Shown: piece by piece, positions 10,951 to 22,900 of the stretch
Numbering within the stretch: position 1 is the stretch's first letter
Layout: every line of letters begins with the position of its first letter
From: Azolla caroliniana
Lineage: Eukaryota; Plantae; Polypodiophyta
Length of the DNA stretch: 64,000 nucleotides
Direction of reading: 5' to 3'
Assembly: GCA_043228905.1 (NCBI GenBank)
Contig: JBHGNT010000004.1
Coordinates: forward strand, 21,762,001-21,826,000
Program-made: the position numbers and the translations under genes
The notes under the pieces: generated by a model
What the model was told of the DNA's origin: nothing
The model's input: only the letters and a program-made list of their open reading frames with translations
The model's database searches: none

Positions 10951-11059
10951 AATGTAAATATTGTATGTTACATCAATATGGTGATTCACAAATATGTATA
11001 AATATACATGTTAGTCATTTTGTAATTTTTGTATGTTCTTCTGTAAATTTCACGTGTCG

Positions 11060-11780
11060 ATTATTAGGGGCATCTTTTGAAAGTCCTAAATTTTTGGACA
11101 TGGTATAAATCAATATATTTTGATTCAATTTCCAAAACCCTTTACGCATGCGATGGTCCTTTTTGTGAAATGACCTACTTTGTGCCTTTTTTGGATGGAC
11201 TGTTCTTAAATTGCGACATATTACCTGTTCTAAATGAATCGGTGTTATCATGGCATGGGACAAATGTGGACGCTCACGCTTCACGCATTATACTACACAT
11301 ATTGCACCTAACTACAAAACCATATTCTTTGCGGAACGGGGGAACCGTACACATCGATACATGTTAGAGCCTATCCCATTATCTACCATTCGAACCATTG
11401 CTTCCATGCGACTTAGCTCAAATGCATTGCGATGTGAAATAGGGTGTTGGGGCACAAGTGATGAGAGTGGTCGGTTATGCACTTTGCCCTAAACAAGTTC
11501 GCAAGTCTAAGTATCACACTTTCAACATACAATGCTCTACCTTTGATCATATTCGACCATGCTTTCCACATCTCTTCGACTAAACCCAATCCTTGCACAA
11601 ATTTCTCTCACAACCACAATGTGCACTCTCGATTACAACATTCATTGGTAAAGTTCTTGAACATCGAGAGTCATTACTCACTTTCAAACGTATCACGTGA
11701 AATGTAATATTTTTTGTCTCATAGGTCATATTTGACCTCTAAAGACGATAATATAATCTATCTCTTTCTCTCTCTCTCTC
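11060..11780 (+). mobile_element. 5'-truncated RTEX-like non-LTR retrotransposon 3' end (family A)
   Basis: MRLSSNALRCEIGCWG..GRLCTL..YH..QC C-terminal zinc-binding pattern, 3' hairpin AGGTCATATTTGACCT at 11723-11738, then a (CT)n tail. Confidence 0.65.
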
Positions 11781-11781
11781 T

Positions 11782-12500
11782 AGTATAGCACTAGGGTAAG
11801 TTGGCTTTTTGCAAACGGCCTAGACATTAGTAACCTTCCTCCTCTTAGGTACAACCATGAGACCACTTGAGGTTGAGAATGGTCGTGCTAAGGGAGTCCC
11901 CAAAGAGGAAAGGATATGTAGATTATTTTACATAGACATAGAGGATGAGTTTCGCTTTACATGCAAGTGTCCAACTTGTTGAATACAGTCATATAATGGA
12001 TGTCTCCAACACAACTTACGTAGAGATAAGGGAAAAATACCAAGACATAGTAGGGCCCTCTTCCACCCTCTCCAAACTATTAGATACCCAAGATATAAAG
12101 AAACTAGCTAGATATATCTTAGAACTAAAACATCATTAAGTTTATATATCTTAAGGCCTCAAAGTCACTCATTGTGTAGAAGCAATTAAGAAGATAAGGG
12201 AACGTGAGTTACATTGCCTAGAAGCTATGGTCGGGGTACCTTTTGCATTGGGACCACGTGCAACACCCACATTGAAACCCTTTGAACTCCCACTCTTTTT
12301 CAAGATACTTGGATGGAAATAAAACGAGGCCCAACACATAACCATTTCCTTTATAAAATATGTTACCCCATAACACCTTTTGTACAATACTAGAACTCTT
12401 TTATCTATGATTTTTTATTTTTTATTTTCAATGTTAGGTACACATCCCATTTTGTTGTAACAAATTGTCTCATGGACCAAATTTGGTCTTAGAAAATAAG
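11782..12500 (+). mobile_element. RTEX-like LINE 3' fragment (family B, internally deleted)
   Basis: HLxVENGRAKGVPKEERICRL..EDEFRFTCKCP pattern, colinear with 12900-13690. Palindrome GACCAAATTTGGTC at 12475-12488. Confidence 0.65.
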
Positions 12501-12539
12501 ACTAATGAGAAGATATGCATCCCTCTCACCCTTAGAGAG

Positions 12540-13700
12540 ACAATGCCACTAGGCAAACTTTCAAGAGCCATGAACTAAGGGGTGGCTCGTCAACTCATTA
12601 GCGACCCCTTACCTCATGTATGCATCAATTGTTTGGCCTCCAGGGCTACCATCTTTCATGTGGATGCAATTATAGAGACCATTGGCAACAATGTTATCAC
12701 GTCAAATCCGAAGCAAATTGATAATGCCACATGACATTTATTAGACTAGAGCTCACATTATAGAAACACTTTTCCAACTTGTAGTTTTTATTCATATAAT
12801 ACATAGCCAATCACAAGATATCTTGTCAAGTGTTTGAGGCATCTCAATCACGCTATGAGTCCAAAGATACTAGCTCTTTGTATAACATTGTGGTGAGATG
12901 GCTTCTTGCAGACGAGCTAAAAATTAATAACCTACCTCCTTTTAGGTACAACCACGAGACTAATAAAACTTTATTCTCTCATGAGAACTATACTAAAGTA
13001 ATATGCCAAGAAATATGGCACATTTACAATTGATATACATGGATCAACCCACTAGAGTCACTCCTATCTAAAATGTTGTACTATAAGGAACACTTCATGC
13101 ACTTCGGTTTTTTTACATTAGCAAAATATGTAAGATACATTCTTAACTCACTAAGGGTTGTTATTGGACAACTTAAAATATCATCTCACGAACTTGAGAT
13201 TGAGAGGGGTTGTACTAATGGAGTCCCTAGAGAGGAAAGGATATGTAGATTATGTCACATAGCGATAGGGGATGAATATTGCTTTACATGCAAGTGTCCA
13301 ACTTATGCCGAGATAAGGGCAAAATAGTAACAAGTTACTAGGACCCTCTCCCACCCTCTTGAAACTTTTAGATACCCTAGATATAAAAAAAATAGGTAGC
13401 TATATCTTAGAGCTAAAACAACATAGAGATAATAAGTTACAAAATGTTAACCATAACCTTTCTAATATTCACCAACATGTAACCAATAAAATTTTTCAGG
13501 GACAAGGGGAGACAATGAATGTGGACACACCTGCACCTGTCAGCTTGTTTGAATTAGAAAACCAAAGAACAACCAAACACCCGGAGATGTCGGGACTAAA
13601 AGTAACTCTTGGTGTAGAAACAATTAAGAAGATAAGGGAACATGAGTTACACCACTTAGAAGCTATGGTTGGGGTACCTTTCACACACACACATTTTATA
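12540..13700 (+). mobile_element. RTEX-like LINE ORF2 C-terminal fragment (family B)
   Basis: QLKISSHELEIERG..PREERICRLCHIAIGDEYCFTCKCPTYAEIR, a CCHC-type C-terminal domain typical of RTEX-like LINEs. Confidence 0.72.
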
Positions 13701-14518
13701 GCCCTAGATGAGCTCTCTTGCTGTCCAAAAGTGGATTTACTAGCATTTAGTGAGGCATTAACCATGATTATCCCAATATCTTCTTCTTTGTTCATCCTTC
13801 AATTGCTCATTTTAGTCTACACATTTTACCTTTCTCTGCTCTCTTTTTGTTTGATATTAAAGTTCCTTGTAAGTTGGTTCTACAACGTTGACGATATTCT
13901 CATTTTTATCTCTCAAACATATTTGCTCATCTTTAGGGACTCTTGAACTCTTTATAATCCCCTAGGGTATCATACCTCCCATTCACCTTTTTGTCATTCC
14001 TCTCGTCTCCCTAACTCATGGTGTGACTTGTGCTCAAAGTGCTAGTGATGTCACGTGGGACACATGTCAAACTTCCCTAACTCACTTGGTCTTCCTCGAA
14101 CTTCATGTTTCCCTCAATTTCTTTCTTTGTATCTTCATTCTCCTCCTTTTGGAGCATCTTCTAACTTTATTCAAAAGCTTCGATGATGATTTTCATGCCA
14201 TTGACTAGATTGTTTCAACTTCTTGCTCTCAAAGTTTTTGGGTTTGATTATGTCTTTCCACATCTTTTCCCTCATATTCTATTCTTTCTTTCTCCAATAC
14301 ATTGAAGCTTGGGCACTTGGGAGATGCTAGTCATTGCATCATCATGACTATTGCCACGATCCTCGCTTGCCCAAGCATAGTGAAGCTTAGGTAGGAAGTT
14401 TCAAAGATGCTAGTCATTGTGTCCTCTGAATTAACACTAAATTTATCCTTTCTTTTTCAAGCATGGTGGATATTGGGCACAAAGCTTTGAAGATACTCAA
14501 ATGTAACATCGTTCGAAC

Positions 14519-14930
14519 TATCCCCAAACTCCTTGTTTTCCTCTTTCTTGCACTCCTTGACCTCTTCAAATTTTCCTTGTCATAGTCACTTCTCAATGAG
14601 CTAAAGACATTTGTCATCTCATCACCTTTGGTCTTTAGTTTATACTTCATTGGAGCCATCTCATTGGCCTCCTTGATGTCTTCATTCTTCTCTATGTTTT
14701 TATTCTAACTCTTTTAGAATCATTGTCCGAGCTATCCCCCAAACTCCTTGTTTTTCCTCTTTCTTGCATTCCTGCACCTCTTCAAAATTTTCTTTCCATC
14801 ATCACTTCTCAATGAGCTAAAAGCATTAGTCATCGCATCACCTTTGCTCGTCACTTTAAGCTTCATTTGGGCCTTCTCATTGGCCTCCTTGATGTCTTCA
14901 TTGTTCTCTTTATGCTTTTATTCTATCTCT
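14519..14930. repeat. ~215-bp diverged tandem duplication in degenerate K/E-rich minus-strand coding remnant
   Basis: Two colinear copies starting TCCCCAAACTCCTTGTTTT and containing CTCATTGGCCTCCTTGATGTCTTCATT. Confidence 0.8.
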
Positions 14931-16144
14931 TTGTCAGTGTCATCCATGCTGAGCATTGAAATACTCTTGTAAGGTGGCCTCATTTTGTTAACTCTAGTCA
15001 AGATTAGGTTGCCCTTGCTTGCTCATGGTTTTGCTTTTTTATCTTGAATCCCTTTACTCCTTACTCGTTAACCCACTTAACTACTCATTATGCACAAGCT
15101 TGTCACTCTTAGATTGATTTACAATACCAAAGAGATCCTAATACATTACTTTCTCGTGTCATTACATTAGTTTATGGTAGCATGTTTCTACCACAAATTC
15201 CCTGTTTTCCATAAGATAATTGGAATCTCATCATTGCCTTCTAGTAAGATGCCAAATTTCATCCTCTCATTTCCATTTGACAATCTTCAAGAAAAGGAGA
15301 ACCTTGTTCAGCCCAACCAATCTTTGTTTACAGTTGAAATGATGCTCAACCACACTTTGCACAACCTCTTACCAATCAACCAATCTGTCCTTCATACCAA
15401 TCAACATCTTTGCAACATTCTGAACCAATCTTTTTCCTTTATACTGATCAACTATCTCAACCACACCTTGTACATCCTCCATACTGTGTTTGTGATCCTA
15501 GAGTTAAGAGTAGTGTGTCCATGATTGAAGACGTTGCCTTGGTCATCATATAGCCTCCCACATGCCCTTGTGATTTGCATCCTTGCTGAAGTATTTCTTG
15601 ACATTGTAGATTAAGTGTGTGCGTGTTGGCTCGCTATCCTCCAGTAATGGCACTAAAGGTTCACGTTGACTAATGAATATATTCACATACTTGATCTTGA
15701 CATCCAAAGCAGGGTTTGCACCTTCAAAAGCTTTACCTTGTTTCTTTCTTACTGAAATAAGCCCCCAAAGTTAACATGGTTAAATGTCTTTCCCACATTC
15801 TTATCAGAACAGAAAGGAACATAGCATGTCTTTAACCTCGCTATGACATAGCAAGAACAAAACCAGGGCCTCTTGCATTTTGTTCAATTGAAGCCGAGGT
15901 GGTATTCATGTCTTCATCAGCAGAATGATGCAATGATGAAATAATATTGACATCTCACTAATTCCAACTACAAGTAAAGAATTTGTCAATCGAAAGGAGA
16001 TAAATTAAGTTTACCACAAAAATATAGAAACAATGATCATATATGTTGCCTTTTTTCAGTTATTCATCACTTTTCTCACTAATTTCATCAAATACTGTTC
16101 CGCTTATAATGGTTATGGAAGCCAATCCCATGACATCGAGTTCT

Positions 16145-16275
16145 TAAGATCATCAGATGGTCTTACAAATAAAAGATTATCAAATGTTCTTACAGACAAA
16201 ATATCATAAGATGGTCTTACAAACAAAATATTATCAGATGTTCTTATAGACAAAATATCATCAGATGTTCTTAAT
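16145..16275. repeat. 27-bp minisatellite, ~4.5 units
   Basis: GATG(G/T)TCTTA(C/T)A(A/G)A(C/T)AAAATAT.. units. On the minus strand they read as 9-aa repeats (ILSIRTSDN/ILFVRPSYD). Confidence 0.75.
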
Positions 16276-16423
16276 GAATGAAATATACTCATCTCTACTT
16301 CCATTTTTTCTGCCATTTATAAGTAAATCATACAAGTACACACTTCCATTCCATGATACAAAGACTTCTTTATACCAATGTTAGAGCCTTTCCATGATTC
16401 ATCATCCATACTTCTCAAGTACT

Positions 16424-19413
16424 TCATTCACGAACAACCTTGTGAGTTCTGAATATTCCCCATAGGAAGTGCCTATCATTCCAACCTAGGACCAACCAAC
16501 AAGCATCAAAGCATAAAAATTGGATGTTACGAAATAACAAATAAAGAAAACAACACAAACAACAAACTCCTTACTTTGCTCAGATTTAGGCAAGAGAACT
16601 GAAGGATATATGAGAAGTTGTGCAACATCCAACTCTTTCCTCAAGACAAGATCTTTCGAAGACATACGATCCAATAATGGTTTGTACCATAGATCATGAC
16701 TGAGAGCCATACGAAACATAAAAAGTAGGCTAACCATGCACAAACAATTGTAAATAACAGAAAAAAAATTAGTTACTCCAAACCTTCTGATGTCGATAGG
16801 GAAAAAGTATACTCCAATATTGTTGCTACTTGGTGGAAACTTCTCAAATGAGTTTGGCCATGAATTGGTTTCCAAACCTCTTTGTAACTCTTCCAACTCT
16901 AATACGTTGGGTAACCTCTTCATAACTTCATACACTTTAGGGTTTGCTCTATTAGAAGGATATGCTTGCAGTCCCTTGTAAGACTTCCGGAAAGTCGTGT
17001 CGAAATTAACAATGAAAGATCCACTACATATACGTGTGTGTGTGTGTGGCAAAAGAAATTCATCAAATCTAGCGTTAAAAACTAAAGCACAAAAATGTGG
17101 AAGAAAAGAGGGTATACCTCCATAAAACTTGAATATCGGGAATTGCTCCTATATCTGAAACAGAGTCGCCATAAGACATGTCTACTGTTTCTTTATCCAA
17201 GCTATATTTGTTATGAAACATGTTGTTTCCAAAGTCTGTGTATAGTATCCCAGAACTGACTTTATTTTCTTCTGATTCATCGGTATCGAATCTTTCTTGC
17301 CTCATTGGTACTTTATTGCATTGAAAACCTCTTCTGTGATTATTGTCATTTGATTCTTTTGCAAGCAAATTCTTTGAAAAAATAGCTTTTGTTCCATCTG
17401 AAGAAAAACTGCAGTTTTCCATAGCATGCCCCATTTGACAACACATATTGCATCTTATAGATGTTATTTTCTCGTTAGTACTGCTTTCTTTCAAACAATC
17501 AAAGGCCTCTGATATTTTTCTCATGTATGAATCTGTTCCACAATTGAAGATCATCATTAGCACACAATGTGCACGTTACGAACCATATATAGACATAATA
17601 AACTATGGATTTTATTTTTTTATTGCAGTGGGGCCTACTGTAGTGAGTATTAGCATACCATCTCGTGTTTGAGGATTTTTTCTAGCATTCACCCCTTCAT
17701 TATCTCGAAAGACTTGGATATTTTCCTTTTTCTTTATATGGAATAAATTTCCATCTTTCTTTGTAGAGATCACATTTTTCTCTGCAAGGTTTTTTGGCCT
17801 AGACGGAAGCAAAAATGACATCTCTTTATCACCAACTTGTGAAGGAATTGGTCTAGAGGCAGATGAACCAATAGCAGACTTATTCCTTGACATTTTCATG
17901 GAAGAAACACGATCTCTCTCTAAGGTGTCATTGTTTGGCCCAGCCATTGGATTATCCAAAAGACCTGAGGGCTCACTATGCACATCTTGTGAAAGCGAAA
18001 CACCCATTGAATCATTATCTACATTTATAATGATAATTTTATCTACCTTCGGCCTTGATGGTTTAATGTCAGATGCATTGATTGCACCCCTAGTCAAACA
18101 TGAACCTATATGCGAATCTTTAACGCATGCAATCATGTCTACTATTGTAGCATTTTTATCACTACTTTCGTCCTCTTTCTTCTTTTTCTTTTTCATTTGG
18201 CATTCCATGCAAATCCAATACTTAGGAAGGGTCTCCAACCTTCTCTCCATGCAATATCTACAGAAATAAAAAATTGCTGACAACTCATAAATACATTTCT
18301 AGAAAATGCAGTCATAGTGTTTAAATAAAATAATATTATAAGGTTGCTTCTTTCATCCTACATAGCTTATGTTTTAAATGAGTGTGTATCATACATAAAC
18401 TTGAACTGATACTAACATATGCTCAGCTCCTTCATTACAAACACTACAGATTGAAAGTTGATCACCATATCCAGCATCCCCACAAATATCACAGACTTTC
18501 ACCTGCAAGTAACCAAAGGATTATATACAAATTACAAAGTTTAAAGGCATAAAAGCTCTTCATGGAGTTACAAAACCTTACAAAAATTACTGATTTCACT
18601 CAAATATGTGTATCCGGAATTCATCTGTGAACAAATAATTGTATACACACATATATATGTATATGAACCCAGCATTATGTTTATCCACTAGTCACAGTTA
18701 TTACCAAATGTTGAGTATCTGAGTTCTGACATATTCGTTGTTGTTATTCCTAGCTAGTGGATGAAGAAATGGCATTCAAAACAATAAATATAAACTAGAA
18801 ATGCAAATTTTTTCATTTTTATGTTTTTGCACAGAAGGTTCTTTTGTTTTTGGATGCCTTTTTCTTTTACTTTGTGACAATATTGCTTGTTTGTGATCCT
18901 TTTGGCCACAACTAATAAGTGGGTGAAAGGGATAGCATGGACTGGACAATTCTTTTTGCTTTTAGGATTTCTTTTCAAATTACTTTTTTATCAAATTGCT
19001 CACAAACCAGCACACGGATCAAAGAGACGGATGCCTCAAACAGTTTTTACTTTTACTTTTTAACCACATTGCTTTTCAACTGCTTTTCAGTTTAACTTTT
19101 GGCCACAAACGGCGCACAGATGAAAGAGATGGATGACACTACTTTGATATAGAAATCAAAATGTTGATCTTCCAAACTCTATAGTCTAGTAGATGTTTTA
19201 CTTCCTAAAATCTTCCGTATTTACACAGGAATCAAAATGTTGATCTTCTAAACTCCAAAGTTCGTTGGCTTTCTTCTTTTCCCTTTTTTTTAGGTTTTTC
19301 ACTAAGCAACAACCTAAACAAGAAGCATCTTCATGGAAGAAAGCAAATGAAAGCAGAGGTGAGAGACTTGCCTTTGCTTCTTCGTCTTCACCTATCCTCT
19401 GGGGCTGTGCCAT
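16424..19413 (-). CDS. PHD finger + zinc knuckle + SPOC-like domain protein (AIPP2/PAIPP2-like), 7 exons
   Basis: Exons 19372-19413 (GC donor), 18417-18502, 17659-18257, 17118-17532, 16784-17023, 16575-16699 and 16424-16485 join in frame. PHD: VKVCDICGDAGYGDQLSICSVCNEGAEHIYCM..WICMEC. Knuckle: CNMCCQMGHAMENC. SPOC-like: QAYPSNRANPKVYE..WP..F..NIGVYFFP..DLVLR..LLIYPSVLLP..W..FLWGIFR. Confidence 0.85.
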
Positions 19414-19964
19414 GATGCGCACTCTCTTCACTTCCGATAGCATTGCTTCTTTCTCTAAAGGCTATGGCAGGAGACCCTAAACATGGTGTTCGAATATCTG
19501 TGAGGTAGCAAGCAAAATGCCCTGTTCCCTCCCTCTCTCTCTCTCTCTCTCTCTCTGTCTGTCTGTCTCTATCTCTGTCTCTGTCTCTCTCTCTCTCTCT
19601 GGGTGAAAAACACACACAATTATATTCATAGATTTGAAATATTCGCATTCGTGGACGTTACCATACGAATGCATACGCATACGCATGCATGAAAAATATT
19701 CGTTAGAAAAAAGAGAGTTCATAAAGTTCTGACTTTTTAGTTTCTTAGATATATCATAGGCGTTCCTTTGTGCCACCCTTTTAGCACACCCTTTTTAGGA
19801 TGCATGTACCTAAGCCGACCCGCCCTTTTAGCACGCCCTTTTTAGCTAAGCCAACCCAAATGGGTACTTTTGTATCAACTATAAATTGAGCAAGAAGTAA
19901 GAAGCTAAGTAGGTTGGTTTAGATCTCTTATGTGGATTTCACAATATATCATATAAGTTATAAT

Positions 19965-22900
19965 TGTAAAGAATCGGATATGATTCTTGTGTAGCATAAG
20001 AGATGTGTGTTACGTGTATGTGTGAGAGGAAAGAGAGAAGAGAAGAGGAAACACAATATAGATTAGATAGAATGGAAAATAGAATACTCAAGAAGAAAGT
20101 GTATATTCACAAGGAGAATATGAGATACAAAATGTAGCATTACAAGGAGTCACAACCAACACTATATGAAGTAGAAGAAGGGTGCTTTATATAAGGTCAC
20201 CCTCTCTCTTCATTAACTCACTAAAACAACTACTCTCTCTCCGGGAATGTGAAGACTCATAATCATGGGGAATATGGAATTATATGTGTCTTAGAATATG
20301 ATTCTATGACACATAGTTAATGTGTAGAGAGTAGTGGTGTGACTTTTGACCTTTGAGTGATCATAGATTCTCAAAGGGTGTGTTCACATGTTGCACTAGG
20401 TTGAGCTTGATTCTCAACACGCCCCCTCAAGCTCAACTCGGGTTGGTTCCTTTGGGTTGATGTCCGCTTTGGTTGGTATCCGGTTTGGACGATCTCCGGT
20501 GTCCGCTTCGGCTCATACCCGGTTTGGACGATCTTCGGTTCTCTCTTGTACTCCCCTCAAGCTTGGCAGGTCACGATTGTCAATCTAAGGTCTGACATGA
20601 ATTGTTGAAGCTTGTCGGCTCATAGGGATTTGGTGAAGATATCCGTTGTTTGAATATTTGTGTTGATGTGTTGAAGGTCGACATCTCTGGCCTGAACGTG
20701 CTATTGAATGAAGTGATAATGCACTTCGATATGCTTTATGCATGCGTGGAACATTAGGTTCCGAGCCAGATAAATACTGCTCACGTATTGTAATACTCGC
20801 TTAGCACAATCGAAATGAATATATTGCGGAGTTTGCATGATTTGGCTAAGGAGGCCGACCGGATAGTTGAGGTCAAGTCGAGTGATCGTGAGATAGATGA
20901 GACTCCCAATCAGTTGTCGATACTGAGTCGACTCGCACTCGTCTGTGCCGGAGTTAGCGTCTAGTTTGAGGTTTCGATCAAGAGGGGTTGCCACAGATTT
21001 GCACTCCGTCATCCCGAACTTATATAACAAGTTGAGGATGTAGTGCCGTTGGGAGATCATATTGTCGGTCGGAGTCCAAATTACATCGATGCCAAGGAAG
21101 TAATGGAGCTCTTTCATGTCTGTCATCTCGAATTTGTTGGAGAGGAGGGACTTGACCTTGTTGATGTAGACTAGATGCTCACCTCCAATGACCAGATCAT
21201 CCACATATAGAAGGATGACAATCAGACTTCTCGATTCGCTTCTTGTGTAGAGGGAGTTGTCGGATTTCGACATTCGAAAGCCAATACGATGAGGATATTG
21301 TGTTATCTTCGAGTGGTAAGCACGCGGTGCTTGCTTAAGACCGTAGAGTGGCTTCTTCAATCGGCAGACTGCTTTCGAATGGATGCTCGATTCGAAGCCC
21401 GGTGGTTGTACCATGTACACCTCTTCTTCTAATTCTCCTTGAAGTAAGGCATTCTTTACATCCATTTGATGGAGGTACCACCCTTTTGCTACTACGAGTG
21501 CGATCACGATTCGCACAGTCGTCATCTTTGCCATCAGGAAAAATGTCTCTTCGTAGTCGACTCCATGTGTCTATGCATATCCTTTCGCTACGAGTCGAGC
21601 TTTGTAGCGGTTTACAGAACCTTATGCATTATATTTGACTTTGAATATCCATCGACAACAGATCGCCTTTTGGTGAGGTGAAGAAGGGATGAGATCCAAT
21701 GTCTCATTTTTGGAGAGTGCTTGCATCTCCTCATTCATTGCTTCAACCCATCTGGGGTCCTTCACGGCTTCGAAAAACATTTCCAGCTCTCGTACAATCG
21801 CTACCTTCATCATAAAAGCGTAATGGTACGCCATATACTCATCGTAGCCGAATCGGCTTACCGGGTTCTTTTCTCGGGTGGACCGGCGGAGCTTCTCATT
21901 TGCGGATACTAAGGCTTTCTTCGCTCCATTTGTCCGAATGTCGAGGCCTTCGAACACACTATCGAGGGAGTGAGTCGTCTCGATTTCGATTTGATCTTCA
22001 TATTCCGGCATTTTGGCCTTCCCTTTGTTCAGCTTCGGACTCGACCGAGTTAGCCTTTGATCGCTCGGAGGCTCTTGTGGCCCACTAAGCCTTGTCATAC
22101 TCAGGCTTTCTTCGAACATGTGTTCAAGTTTACTTTCTTCTTGTATCTCTTGTTCGGCAGATTCTAGGACGTGCAGGATCAAACTTCAAGTTGTCTCTAG
22201 TGCGTAACAAGATGTTGACTCATCGAAAACGACGTCTCGACTTGCTCAAACTTTTTGGATAGAGGGGTTATAGCACTTGTACCCCTTTTGCTCCAGTGAG
22301 TATCCTACGAGGATACATTTCTCTGACTTCGGGTCGAGCTTTTGTCACTTCTCGTCGGGGATGTGCACGTATGCAATGGAGCCGAATATTCGAACATGTG
22401 ATAGATCCGACTTCTTTCTGAAATACTTATCGTGCAGGGTAACCTCATGCACTCTGGATGTCGTGCACCGATTCATGAGGTAGACAGCAATATTCATTGC
22501 TTCGGCCCAATATTACTTCAGCATGTGCTTTTCGTTCGTCATGGCCCGTGCTACTTCGAGGATGTGCCGATTCTTTCATTCGGCTACTCCATTCTGTTGT
22601 GGCGTATGTCGACACGAAAACTCTCGCCGAACTCCTTCTTTCCGTAGAAAAGCCGAAAATTCGTCGGAGAAGTACTCCTTTCCTCCATTCGACCGAAGAC
22701 ATCATACATGTCAGCCCGTGGCTTTCTCGACTTCACTCTTGAATTTTTGGAAGTGTTCCAACACTTCACTCTTTTGCCGCATGGGGTACATCCAAGCACA
22801 GTCGTCGATGAAGGCCACGTAATATCGACATCCACCGAATGTAGCCGTCTGAGCCGAACCCCATACATCGGAATGAATTATGTCGAGTACGCCTTTGCGC

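Larger units (their letters stand above)
2461..11060. mobile_element. candidate DNA transposon: Sola-like transposase plus divergent ParB-amino-methyltransferase cargo gene (ends not defined)
   Basis: Two head-to-head genes about 290 bp apart, both decayed, bounded by unrelated LTR and LINE insertions. No TIR or TSD found by eye, so the boundaries are approximate. Confidence 0.55.

Noticed and set aside
2461-11100. Terminal inverted repeats of the candidate DNA transposon
   Set aside because: No convincing inverted match between 2461-3500 and 10950-11100 was found by eye. The ends may be deleted or buried.
16145-16275. CRISPR-like array
   Set aside because: These are contiguous degenerate tandem units without unique spacers, in a eukaryotic context with no cas genes. 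The same applies to 49837-49924.
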